Shown: positions 1 through 7,801 of the stretch, piece after piece | Layout of the letters: each line of letters opens with the position of its first letter | Position numbering within the stretch: position 1 is the first letter of the stretch | Assembly (NCBI GenBank): GCA_036758525.1 | Contig: DAIOWK010000001.1 | Coordinates: 1-37,080, forward strand | DNA: 37,080 bases | DNA from: Myxococcota bacterium | GTDB taxonomy: Bacteria > Myxococcota_A > UBA9160 | Direction of reading: 5' to 3' | The notes under the pieces: generated by a model | Told to the model about the DNA's origin: nothing | Seen by the model: the letters and a program-made list of their open reading frames with translations, nothing else | Databases searched by the model: none | Made by a program: the position numbers and the translations under genes

Positions 1-1
1 C

Positions 2-898
2 GACCACCTCTCGACAACGCAGGCACGCTTCGAGGCCTACGACAGCCTGCTTTCCGAGGCGGCCGTGCTGGGCTTCGAGTACGGCTACAGCCTGGCCGAC
101 CCGCAGACCCTCACGGTTTGGGAAGCGCAATTCGGCGACTTCGTGAACGGCGCCCAGGTCATCATTGATCAATTCATTTCGAGCGCCCACGCCAAGTGGG
201 GTCGCATCAGCGGCCTCGTCATGCTGCTGCCGCATGGCTATGAGGGGCAGGGGCCCGAGCACTCGAGCGCACGGGTGGAGCGGTTTTTGCAACTGTGCGC
301 CGAAGACAATCTCCAGGTTGTGAACTGCACGACGCCCGCCCAGTACTTCCATGCGCTCCGGCGCCAGATGCGCAGAAACTTCCGCGCCCCCCTCATCCTC
401 TTTACCCCGAAAAGCTTGCTACGCGCGCCACGCGCAGCCTCCCATTCCGAAGACCTGTCCTCGGGCGGCTTTCAGCGGGTCCTCGACGACGTCCGCGCTT
501 CAGCGGCGCCCGAGCGCGTGCGCCGGGTCCTGCTCTGCTGCGGGAAGGTTTACTACGACCTGCTCGAGGCGAATGAGAAGCGCGAGGCCGCAGGGGCGAG
601 CGCCGGCGAGGTTGCGCTGGTGCGGATCGAGCAGCTTTACCCATGGCCCGCCGCGCAGCTCAGTTCGTCTCTTCAGCGCTACGCCCGGGCCGATCGCGTG
701 TTCTGGGTCCAGGAGGAACCGGCCAATATGGGCGGATGGACCTTCGTCCGCGAACGCATTCAGGACGCGCTCTTGCCAAGCCAGCAGCTCGCCTACGCCG
801 GCCGGCCGGAGAGCGCCAGCACGGCCGTCGGCTCGCTGCGGCTTCACAAGGAGCAGCAGGCCGCACTCGTGGCCGCAGCGTTCGCAGGATTGAGCTAG
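2..898 (+). CDS. sucA: 2-oxoglutarate dehydrogenase E1 component, C-terminal fragment (5' end lies outside the window)
   Basis: The frame is open from nt 2 to TAG 896-898. The listed 'M' at 65 is an internal GTG. The translation ...LSEAAVLGFEYGYS...WEAQFGDFVNGAQVIIDQFISS...LLPHGYEGQGPEHSSARVERFLQL... matches the conserved C-terminal part of SucA/OdhA. Confidence 0.9.
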   Translation, partial: DHLSTTQARFEAYDSLLSEAAVLGFEYGYSLADPQTLTVWEAQFGDFVNGAQVIIDQFISSAHAKWGRISGLVMLLPHGYEGQGPEHSSARVERFLQLCAEDNLQVVNCTTPAQYFHALRRQMRRNFRAPLILFTPKSLLRAPRAASHSEDLSSGGFQRVLDDVRASAAPERVRRVLLCCGKVYYDLLEANEKREAAGASAGEVALVRIEQLYPWPAAQLSSSLQRYARADRVFWVQEEPANMGGWTFVRERIQDALLPSQQLAYAGRPESASTAVGSLRLHKEQQAALVAAAFAGLS

Positions 899-922
899 TT
901 CCACTCACGGGGCGGTCTCGGA

Positions 923-928
923 TACACT
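923..928 (+). promoter_or_regulatory. Candidate -10 hexamer TACACT, 6 nt upstream of ATG 935 (possible leaderless transcript)
   Basis: TACACT fits the TANNNT pattern and is followed by ggggcc and then ATG. No SD is present in the 36-nt gap after sucA. Confidence 0.3.
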
Positions 929-934
929 GGGGCC

Positions 935-2131
935 ATGCCCCCCCCCACCCATTTCGCAGCCTCTCCGGAGTCCATCGGCGTCGATTCCGCCAAGCTCGAG
1001 CGAGTCTTCGAACGTGCCGAACGCGAGGTGCGCGAGGGCCTGCTGCCGTCGTGCCAAGTGGCCGTCGCGCGTCACGGGAAACTTGCGGGCATGCGGACGT
1101 TTGGGAGCGTGACGCACGAAGGTCAGCCCGCGCCTGCGACGAACGAAACTCTCTACGTGGTGTTCTCGTGCACCAAGGCCATCACCTCCACGGCGGCCTG
1201 GCTCCTGCTGCAGGAGGGCAAGCTCGACCTGAAGGAGCGCGTCGCAGACATCATCCCCGAGTTCGCAACGAATGGGAAAGAGCGCGTCACAGTCGAACAG
1301 CTGTTCACCCACACCGCAGGCTTTCCATACGCGCCGTATCCCCCCTCCGAGTGGCTCGACCGGGACGCGCGCCTGGCGCGCTTCCAGCGCTGGCGCCTCA
1401 CCTTCGAGCCCGGCTCGCGCATGGAGTACCACGCCACGTCCTCCATGTGGGTGATCGCGGCGGTCGTGGAGCGGCGCGCAGGACAGAGCTTCGGGGAGTT
1501 TGTTCGCCAGCGGATTGCCGCTCCCCTTGGGCTCGAAGATCTCTACGTGGGTCTTCCCCGCGAGCAGCACGGCCGGGTCGCGGATGTGGTTCATGTCGGT
1601 CCTGCGCTCTCGCCTGAGGAGCTCGCGAAGCTCGGCTTCCCGGTGAACCCCCAGAGCGAGGTCACGGAAGAGGCGATCGAGGCTTTCAATCGCCCCGAGA
1701 CTCGCGCGGCGGGTGTACCCGGCGGGGGAGGAACAATGACCGCCGGGGATCTAGCGCTTTTCTATCAGGCGCTCCTGAGCGACGCCGAGCCCCACCCTGG
1801 CCCGCGCGTCTGGTCCCCCGAGACCGTGGCGCAAGGTCTCGAGATCCGTACCGGTGAGCTTCGGGATCCGATGATCCGTCGCCTGGCGAACCGCACTCTC
1901 GGCCTCGTGATCGCCGGCGAGACCGACCGGGTCTTCCGCGGCTTCGGCCACACGAACTCATCGCGTACCTTCGGCCACATGGGCGCGGGCGGTCAGGTCG
2001 CGTGGGCGGACCCGGAGACCGGGATCTCGTTCGGCTACTGCACCAACGGCTTTGACCGCAACCCGCTCCAGCAAGGTCGCCGCGGTGTCGGGCTCTCGAG
2101 CCGGACGGCCTCTTGCTTGCTCGACACATGA
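935..2131 (+). CDS. Serine hydrolase, beta-lactamase (class C/EstB-like) family
   Basis: 398-aa ORF with an S-x-x-K nucleophile motif (FSCTKAITS) and the family-typical segments LFTHTAGF and GHMGAGGQ. Its stop overlaps the next start (ATGA). Confidence 0.85.
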   Translation: MPPPTHFAASPESIGVDSAKLERVFERAEREVREGLLPSCQVAVARHGKLAGMRTFGSVTHEGQPAPATNETLYVVFSCTKAITSTAAWLLLQEGKLDLKERVADIIPEFATNGKERVTVEQLFTHTAGFPYAPYPPSEWLDRDARLARFQRWRLTFEPGSRMEYHATSSMWVIAAVVERRAGQSFGEFVRQRIAAPLGLEDLYVGLPREQHGRVADVVHVGPALSPEELAKLGFPVNPQSEVTEEAIEAFNRPETRAAGVPGGGGTMTAGDLALFYQALLSDAEPHPGPRVWSPETVAQGLEIRTGELRDPMIRRLANRTLGLVIAGETDRVFRGFGHTNSSRTFGHMGAGGQVAWADPETGISFGYCTNGFDRNPLQQGRRGVGLSSRTASCLLDT

Positions 2132-3390
2132 GCGCGGGAGAGCAAGCGCCGTCGGGCGACTCGTTCACGCACTGGCTGAACCCGTTCGACCCGGCTTTTC
2201 AAGACAATCCGTACCCCACCTACCATCGCCTGCGTGAGCGGGACCCGATTCACCTGCTGCCCGAGTTCAATCTCTGGTCTCTTACACGCTATGCGGACGT
2301 GCAGGCGGTGCTGCGCGATCCGCGGTTCTCCTCCGAACCCTTGTCCGACGACCCGAACCTGTTCCGAAATCTGCGCGAGTCGGGCGGTGAACTCGGGACA
2401 CTCGCCCAGACCATGCTGCACTGGATGCCGCTCAAGGACGCGCCGCACCACACGCGGCTGCGCAACCTTGTAAACAAGGCGTTCACGCCACGGCACATCG
2501 AGGCCATGCGTCCGCGGATCAGTGCCATCGTGGAGCAGCTCCTGGAGCCTGTCTTGCAGGCCGGTCGCATGGACCTGGTGCGCGACCTCGCGCATCCGCT
2601 ACCGGTGATCGTGATCGCGGAGATGCTCGGTGTCCCGGTTGCGGATCAAGGCGAGCTCAAGCAGTGGTCCGACGACATGGCCCTTGCGCTCGATCCGCTG
2701 CAAGTGGGGTCCCGTCGTGCGGAGGGAGATCGGGCGGCGCTCGCGATGACGAGGCTCTTCGAGCGAGTGGCCGAGGAGCGCCGGCGCGCACCGCGAGAGG
2801 ATCTGCTCTCGGCGCTCTTGGCCGCGGAGGAGCTGGGCGATCGTCTATCGATGGACGAACTCCTGGCCACCTGCGTGCTTCTGCTCTTCGCGGGGAATGA
2901 GACCACGACGAACCTGCTGGGAAACGGGATCCTCGCGCTGCTGCGCAATCCCGACGAGCTGGCGCTGCTGCAGCGGGATCCATCCCTGGTACCTGCGGCG
3001 GTCGAAGAGCTGCTGCGTTACGACAGCCCGCTCCAGTTCGCGGCACGTGTCGCGAAGGAGAACGTCGAAATCGACGGACGCACCCTTCTGGCGGGCCAGC
3101 GCGCGATGCTGGTCCTCGGCTCCGCAAACCACGACCCCGCACAGTTCCCCGACCCCGACCGTCTCGACGTCCGACGGCCAGACCACCGTCATCTCGCTTT
3201 TGGCTTCGGCACGCACTTTTGCCTGGGCGCTGGCCTCGCGCGCGCGGAGGCGCAGATCGCCCTCGATACCCTCGTGCGGCGCTTGCCGGGATTACGCCTC
3301 GGCGCCGATCCTCCCGTGCGCAGGCCGAGCATTGCGTTGCGCGGACTCTCGAGCCTGCCTGTGGAGTTTGATTCCAAGCGTCCCTACTAG
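2128..3390 (+). CDS. Cytochrome P450
   Basis: Contains the I-helix LLFAGNETTTN, the ExxR motif EELLRYDSP and the heme-Cys loop FGFGTHFCLGAGLARAE. I chose ATG 2128 (ATGA overlap with the upstream stop) over the TTG at 2113. Confidence 0.93.
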   Translation: MSAGEQAPSGDSFTHWLNPFDPAFQDNPYPTYHRLRERDPIHLLPEFNLWSLTRYADVQAVLRDPRFSSEPLSDDPNLFRNLRESGGELGTLAQTMLHWMPLKDAPHHTRLRNLVNKAFTPRHIEAMRPRISAIVEQLLEPVLQAGRMDLVRDLAHPLPVIVIAEMLGVPVADQGELKQWSDDMALALDPLQVGSRRAEGDRAALAMTRLFERVAEERRRAPREDLLSALLAAEELGDRLSMDELLATCVLLLFAGNETTTNLLGNGILALLRNPDELALLQRDPSLVPAAVEELLRYDSPLQFAARVAKENVEIDGRTLLAGQRAMLVLGSANHDPAQFPDPDRLDVRRPDHRHLAFGFGTHFCLGAGLARAEAQIALDTLVRRLPGLRLGADPPVRRPSIALRGLSSLPVEFDSKRPY

Positions 3391-3409
3391 TCGAACCACA
3401 GGAGAGACG

Positions 3410-4627
3410 ATGGACCTTCGCTACAGCAGGCAGTACGAAGACTATCGCCGCGAAGTGCGGGGATTCTTGAAGGCGCACTGGCCGCCGTCGGGGGACGCTG
3501 CGAGGGGCTCGCAAGCCGAGCAAGCCACACGCTTCCGCGCGCTCGCCATCTCGCATGGCTATGTCGCACGCTCGATCCCCGCGGCCTACGGGGGCTCCGA
3601 GCAGCCGCCGGACGTTCTGAAGGCCGTGATCATCGCCGAGGAGTTCGGGCGCGTTCACGCACCGGGAGACGTGCGCGGGATCGGTGCGTCGATGCTCGTG
3701 CCGACGCTTCTCGAGCACGGGCGCGAAAACCAGAAGCAACGCTTCATACCGCCGACGATCCGCGGCGAGATGCACTGGTGTCAGGGGTACAGCGAACCTG
3801 GCTCGGGCAGCGACCTGGCATCGCTCAAGACCCGTGCTGAGCTCATCAATGGCGAGTGGGTGGTGAACGGCCAGAAAATCTGGACAAGCGGTGCGCAAAT
3901 CGCGCAGTACATGTTCTGTCTGTGTCGCACAGAACCCGACGCACCGAAGCATGCGGGTATCTCCTACCTGCTGATTGACATGACGTCACCCGGGATTGAG
4001 GTAAGACCGCTGCGACAGATGACAGGGACCGCCGATTTCAATGAGGTCTTTCTGACGAACGTACGAGTGCCGATGGACAGCATCGTCGGCAAGCGCGGTG
4101 AGGGTTGGACAGTCTCCCGTTCCACCCTGAAGCACGAACGCAACATGATTGGGGATGCCGCGGGCTCGCGTGCGCTGTTCGAGGGCCTACTGCGTCTTGC
4201 GCGGGAGACCAAGCGCAACGGAAAGCCGGCGATCGAGGATTCGGAGGTGCGGCAGCAGTTGGCCACGATCGAGGGGTACGTTCTTTCCCATCAGTACTCC
4301 GGCTATCGCCAGCTCACCCAGGCGGCGCGCGGTTGGGACGCGGGAATCGCCGGGATGATGAACAAACTGACGTCGACGAACATCGGCCACAGCGTCGCCA
4401 AGCTGGCCCTCGACTTGCTGGGTGACGAAGGGCTCGTCGCGCCGACCCACGAGGCGCGTGTGATGGGACAGCCGCCCCACGGCCACGCCGGCTGGATCAC
4501 CCAGAATATGTGGTCCCTCGGCATCGCCATTGCCGGGGGCAGCGCCAACATTCAACGCAACGTGATCGCCGAGCGGGGCCTTGGTCTCCCGCGTGATTTC
4601 GCCGCCCAGCGCGAGGGCTCGCGGTGA
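3410..4627 (+). CDS. Acyl-CoA dehydrogenase (FadE-like)
   Basis: AGGAGA lies 5 nt upstream of ATG 3410, which sits inside the longer listed ORF 2897..4627. Motifs: WCQGYSEPGSGSDLASL, GQKIWTSGA and a C-terminal IAGGSANIQRNVIAERGLGLP. Confidence 0.9.
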   Translation: MDLRYSRQYEDYRREVRGFLKAHWPPSGDAARGSQAEQATRFRALAISHGYVARSIPAAYGGSEQPPDVLKAVIIAEEFGRVHAPGDVRGIGASMLVPTLLEHGRENQKQRFIPPTIRGEMHWCQGYSEPGSGSDLASLKTRAELINGEWVVNGQKIWTSGAQIAQYMFCLCRTEPDAPKHAGISYLLIDMTSPGIEVRPLRQMTGTADFNEVFLTNVRVPMDSIVGKRGEGWTVSRSTLKHERNMIGDAAGSRALFEGLLRLARETKRNGKPAIEDSEVRQQLATIEGYVLSHQYSGYRQLTQAARGWDAGIAGMMNKLTSTNIGHSVAKLALDLLGDEGLVAPTHEARVMGQPPHGHAGWITQNMWSLGIAIAGGSANIQRNVIAERGLGLPRDFAAQREGSR

Positions 4628-5715
4628 ACTTCGGGCTCTCCGACGAGCAGGAGTTGCTCCAGGATACGGTGCGCCGCTTCCTTGAGGAACGCTGGCCGGC
4701 CCAGAAACTCCGAGCCTTGTTTGACGGTGCTTCTGGTCACGACGCGGACCTGTGGCATGGGATGGCGGAGCTCGGTCTCCTGGGCCTCATGGTGGAAGAG
4801 AAGGCGGGCGGCGCGGGCCTTGAGCTTCTCGATCTTGCGCTCGTGGCGGAGGTGCTCGGACGGTTTGCTGCCCCCGGACCTTTCCTTGGTCACACCCTCG
4901 CCTGCCTCGCGCTCTCGTTGGGCGGGAGTGAGGCGCAGAAGGAGCGCTGGCTTCCCCGTCTTGCATCGGGTGAGGCGGTGGCGACCCTCGCGCTGCTCGA
5001 TTCGGGCGGAGGCTGGGATCCCGAGACATGGGGCACCCCGGTGGTCTCCGCGGGTGCGGGACTGCGGATTTCGGGTGAAAAGCTCCACGTGCCGGGAGCC
5101 GAGGTTGCCGACTTATTCGTCGTGGGCGTTGCTGGCGGTGGGCTTGCCCTGGTGGAGCGCGCGACCGAAGGCGTTTGCGTCGAAGCGATCGAAGGGGTCG
5201 ATCGCACCCGAAGGGTCGGCCGTGTGGTGTTCGAGGGAGCGGTCGCAAACCTTTTGCCCGGTGGCAACGAAGCCGCGCCGCGCGTCCGCGATGCCGGCCT
5301 CATCCTCTTGGCCGCCGATGCCTTTGGCGGCGCTTCGCGCTGTGTCGAGCTCTCGGTCGAGTACGCGAAGACGCGCGTTCAGTTCGGAGTCACGATCGGC
5401 CATTTCCAGGCGGTGAAGCATCAGCTCGCAAACATGGCGGTGGAGATCGAGCCCGCACGGAGTCTCTACTGGTACGCGGCCCATGCCTTCGATCATCTTC
5501 CGGCCGAATCGCAGCACCACGCCGCGCTTGCCAAGGCACATCTCGCCGACCGCTTCATGCAAATCGCACGCGACACTGTCGAGATGCACGGAGGAATCGG
5601 CTTCACCTGGGAGTGCGACGTCCAAATCTGGTACAAGCGCGCGATGTTCGATCGCGCGTTTCTCGGCACACCCGCTCTGCACCGCGAGCGCGCGGCGCGG
5701 ATCGCGAGATGGTGA
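4624..5715 (+). CDS. Acyl-CoA dehydrogenase family protein (second subunit-like partner)
   Basis: The GTG start overlaps the upstream stop (GTGA), and GAGGG lies 6 nt upstream. Contains ACAD-typical FGVTIGHFQAVKHQLA and MHGGIGFTWE. It lacks a terminal GGTxEIQRN-like segment. Confidence 0.87.
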   Translation: MNFGLSDEQELLQDTVRRFLEERWPAQKLRALFDGASGHDADLWHGMAELGLLGLMVEEKAGGAGLELLDLALVAEVLGRFAAPGPFLGHTLACLALSLGGSEAQKERWLPRLASGEAVATLALLDSGGGWDPETWGTPVVSAGAGLRISGEKLHVPGAEVADLFVVGVAGGGLALVERATEGVCVEAIEGVDRTRRVGRVVFEGAVANLLPGGNEAAPRVRDAGLILLAADAFGGASRCVELSVEYAKTRVQFGVTIGHFQAVKHQLANMAVEIEPARSLYWYAAHAFDHLPAESQHHAALAKAHLADRFMQIARDTVEMHGGIGFTWECDVQIWYKRAMFDRAFLGTPALHRERAARIARW

Positions 5716-6620
5716 GCGGTTGCGATGAGCAAGAACGCCCGGTGGTGCATCTGATCGACGGCCACGTGTACGTGTTTCGGGCCTTTTATGCGCTGCCCGA
5801 CATGGCGGCCCCAGACGGGACTCCGACCGGCGCCACCTACGGCTTTGCAAGCACCCTCCTCAAATTCCTCGCCGATCGCGCAGTGACGCACGTGGCGTTG
5901 TGTTTCGACTGGGCCATGGAGAGTTTCCGAAACGAGATCTTTCCGCTCTACAAGGCCACACGCGGTGCTCCTCCCGAAGATCTTGTCCTGCAGTTTGGGT
6001 TGTGCGGAGAAGTGGCACGCGCGCTCGGACTGCCGGTATTCGAACAGGAGCGCTACGAAGCGGACGATCTGATCGCGACCCTCACCGCAAAACTTGTTTC
6101 CGGAGGAGCGAACGTCGTCGTCGTGACGAGTGACAAAGACCTGGCACAGCTCGTTCGAGAAGACGCCAGCGTCGTGCTTTACGACCTCGCTCGCGGCACG
6201 ACGCTGGATGCGAGCGGCGTGCGAGCGAAGTTCGGAGTGGACCCTGAGCAGATCCCCGACTACCTCGGGTTGGTCGGCGACGCCGTCGACAACCTCCCCG
6301 GCGTGCCCGGAGTGGGCCCACGCAGTGCCTCCGCGGCGCTCCGCGCATTCGGCGCGATCGAGGGCATTCCCGCCGATCCTCGGGCTTGGGCGGGCGTTCC
6401 GGTGCGCGGCGCAGCGCGGCTTGCGCGGGCCATCGACGGTCACCGCGCCCAGGCGTTGCGCGTGCGCGAGCTCGCAACCGTCGAATGCGAAGTACCGGGA
6501 GTGCGCTGTGGGCTGGATGCCCTCGCCTATCGGGGTGCGTACCGAGACCGCGTTTCCCCGCTCTTCGAGCGTCTCGGCTGGAAGGGCATCGCGGCGCGGG
6601 TCTCTCGCTGGCGAGACTGA
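5709..6620 (+). CDS. 5'-3' exonuclease (stand-alone FEN / Pol I N-terminal-domain-like)
   Basis: VVHLIDGHVYVFRAFYALP, ADDLIATL and VVTSDKDLAQL match the PIN-like 5' nuclease domain. DNLPGVPGVGPRSASAALRAFG matches the H3TH domain. The start ATG overlaps the upstream TGA (ATGGTGA). Confidence 0.87.
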   Translation: MVSGCDEQERPVVHLIDGHVYVFRAFYALPDMAAPDGTPTGATYGFASTLLKFLADRAVTHVALCFDWAMESFRNEIFPLYKATRGAPPEDLVLQFGLCGEVARALGLPVFEQERYEADDLIATLTAKLVSGGANVVVVTSDKDLAQLVREDASVVLYDLARGTTLDASGVRAKFGVDPEQIPDYLGLVGDAVDNLPGVPGVGPRSASAALRAFGAIEGIPADPRAWAGVPVRGAARLARAIDGHRAQALRVRELATVECEVPGVRCGLDALAYRGAYRDRVSPLFERLGWKGIAARVSRWRD

Positions 6621-6635
6621 TCGGCAGCGGGTCGC

Positions 6636-7712
6636 TTAACCGAACAGGTCGAGCTGCGCTCCGCCCGGCCTGCGAAAGGCACGCGTCGAGAGTTCCAACG
6701 ATCGACGTTCGATCCCAGCGCGCCGAACGGCCAAGGCGAACATGCCGTCGATCTGCTGCGCGAACACGCCTTCGCCCGTCATGCGCGAGCCGAAGCGCGG
6801 GTCGTTGAGGCGCCCACCGCGAATCTCTTGGATGCGGTGAAGCACCTTGTCTTTTCGCTCCGGATAGTGGTCGGCGAGCCAGTCCGCGAACAGCTGCTTT
6901 AGGCTGTGCGGTAGGCGAAGCATCACGTATCCCGCGGAGCGCGCGCCGGCGCGTGCGGCGGCAGCGACGACCGCCGGGATTTCCGAATCGTTCAGGGCGG
7001 GAATCACCGGTGCCATCAAGACTCCAACCGGGACACCCGCCTCGGTGAGCGACTCGATCGCGTCGAGCCGGCGTTCGGGCCTGGAGGCGCGCGGCTCGAG
7101 CCGGCGCGCAAGCTCCCCGTCGAGGGTTGTTAGCGAAATCAAGACGAGTGCGGCGCCAACGTCGGCGAGCCTGCGCAGAAGGTCGGCGTCTCGCGTGACC
7201 AGATGGCTCTTGGTCACGACCACGACGGGATTTGAGAAGGTCGCCAGCACCTCGAGGCAGCGTCGCGTGAGACCCAATCGCCGCTCGGCGGGCTGGTAGG
7301 GATCCGTGACGCCGGAGAGCGCGATCACGCGAGGTCGCCAGCCCGGTCTCGAGAGCTCGCGCTCGAGCAGCTGCGGCGCGTCCTCCTTCACGAAGATCCG
7401 ACTCTCGAAGTCAAGGCCGGCCGACAGGCCGAGATATTCATGGGTCGGACGGGCATAGCAATAGATGCAACCGTGTTCGCAGCCCCGGTAAGGATTCAGA
7501 CTGGTATCGAAGCCCACGTCGGGACTTTCGTTGTGCACGAGAATCTCGCGCGTCGGATCGCGGTAGAGCTCGGTCTTGAGGGCACGGGGCGGATCGTCGT
7601 CGTCCACTGCCGCGCCGACGAAGTCGGTCTCCGGCTCGTAGGAGAGCCGCTCGAAGCGACCCGTGGGGTTTCCAGCGGCTCCGCGACCGCGCATGGGTCC
7701 GTGGGTCGGCAT
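6636..7712 (-). CDS. Radical SAM protein, PA0069 / SplB-like family
   Basis: Contains the CxxxCxxC cluster motif GCEHGCIYCYARP and the N-terminal RGRGAAGNPTGRFE typical of this family as I recall it. The start is uncertain. ATG 7712 is preferred because of the TAGACT hexamer 7 nt upstream. ATG 7769 and ATG 7694 are alternatives. Confidence 0.82.
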   Translation of the reverse strand: MPTHGPMRGRGAAGNPTGRFERLSYEPETDFVGAAVDDDDPPRALKTELYRDPTREILVHNESPDVGFDTSLNPYRGCEHGCIYCYARPTHEYLGLSAGLDFESRIFVKEDAPQLLERELSRPGWRPRVIALSGVTDPYQPAERRLGLTRRCLEVLATFSNPVVVVTKSHLVTRDADLLRRLADVGAALVLISLTTLDGELARRLEPRASRPERRLDAIESLTEAGVPVGVLMAPVIPALNDSEIPAVVAAAARAGARSAGYVMLRLPHSLKQLFADWLADHYPERKDKVLHRIQEIRGGRLNDPRFGSRMTGEGVFAQQIDGMFALAVRRAGIERRSLELSTRAFRRPGGAQLDLFG

Positions 7713-7719
7713 CCCCGAA

Positions 7720-7725
7720 AGTCTA
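7720..7725 (-). promoter_or_regulatory. Candidate -10 hexamer TAGACT (minus strand), 7 nt upstream of ATG 7712
   Basis: The minus strand reads gGTAGACTttcggggATG. The hexamer fits TANNNT. Confidence 0.3.
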
Positions 7726-7801
7726 CCGAATGCATCGTCAGGACGGCGCGGCGTGGAACTGCACGCCAACGCGCAGCGACCGAGGTCCCTCGGACCGACG
7801 C

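Noticed and set aside
938-946. Homopolymer tracts as possible phase-variation switches. They are C9 directly after ATG 935 (encoding PPP), G8 on the coding strand at 15411-15418 in the LOG gene, and C7 at 14582-14588.
   Set aside because: With C and G each near one third of bases, one or two runs of 8-9 are expected by chance in 37 kb (a rough estimate). The tracts are in frame and encode ordinary Pro/Gly residues. There is no evidence of slippage. The C7 tract is mentioned only as context for the small ORF.
2657-3952. Very long antisense or off-frame ORFs in the track. Examples are 2657..3952(-) 431 aa, 5493..6443(-) 316 aa, 8765..9826(+) 353 aa, 13444..14211(-), 20180..21085(-), 31137..32111(+) and 34975..36147(-) 390 aa.
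   Set aside because: All lie opposite or out of frame to ORFs with clear family motifs. Their translations are Arg/Pro/Ala/Gly/Ser-rich with no recognisable motifs. That is the expected 'shadow ORF' behaviour of G+C-rich DNA, where stop codons are rare.
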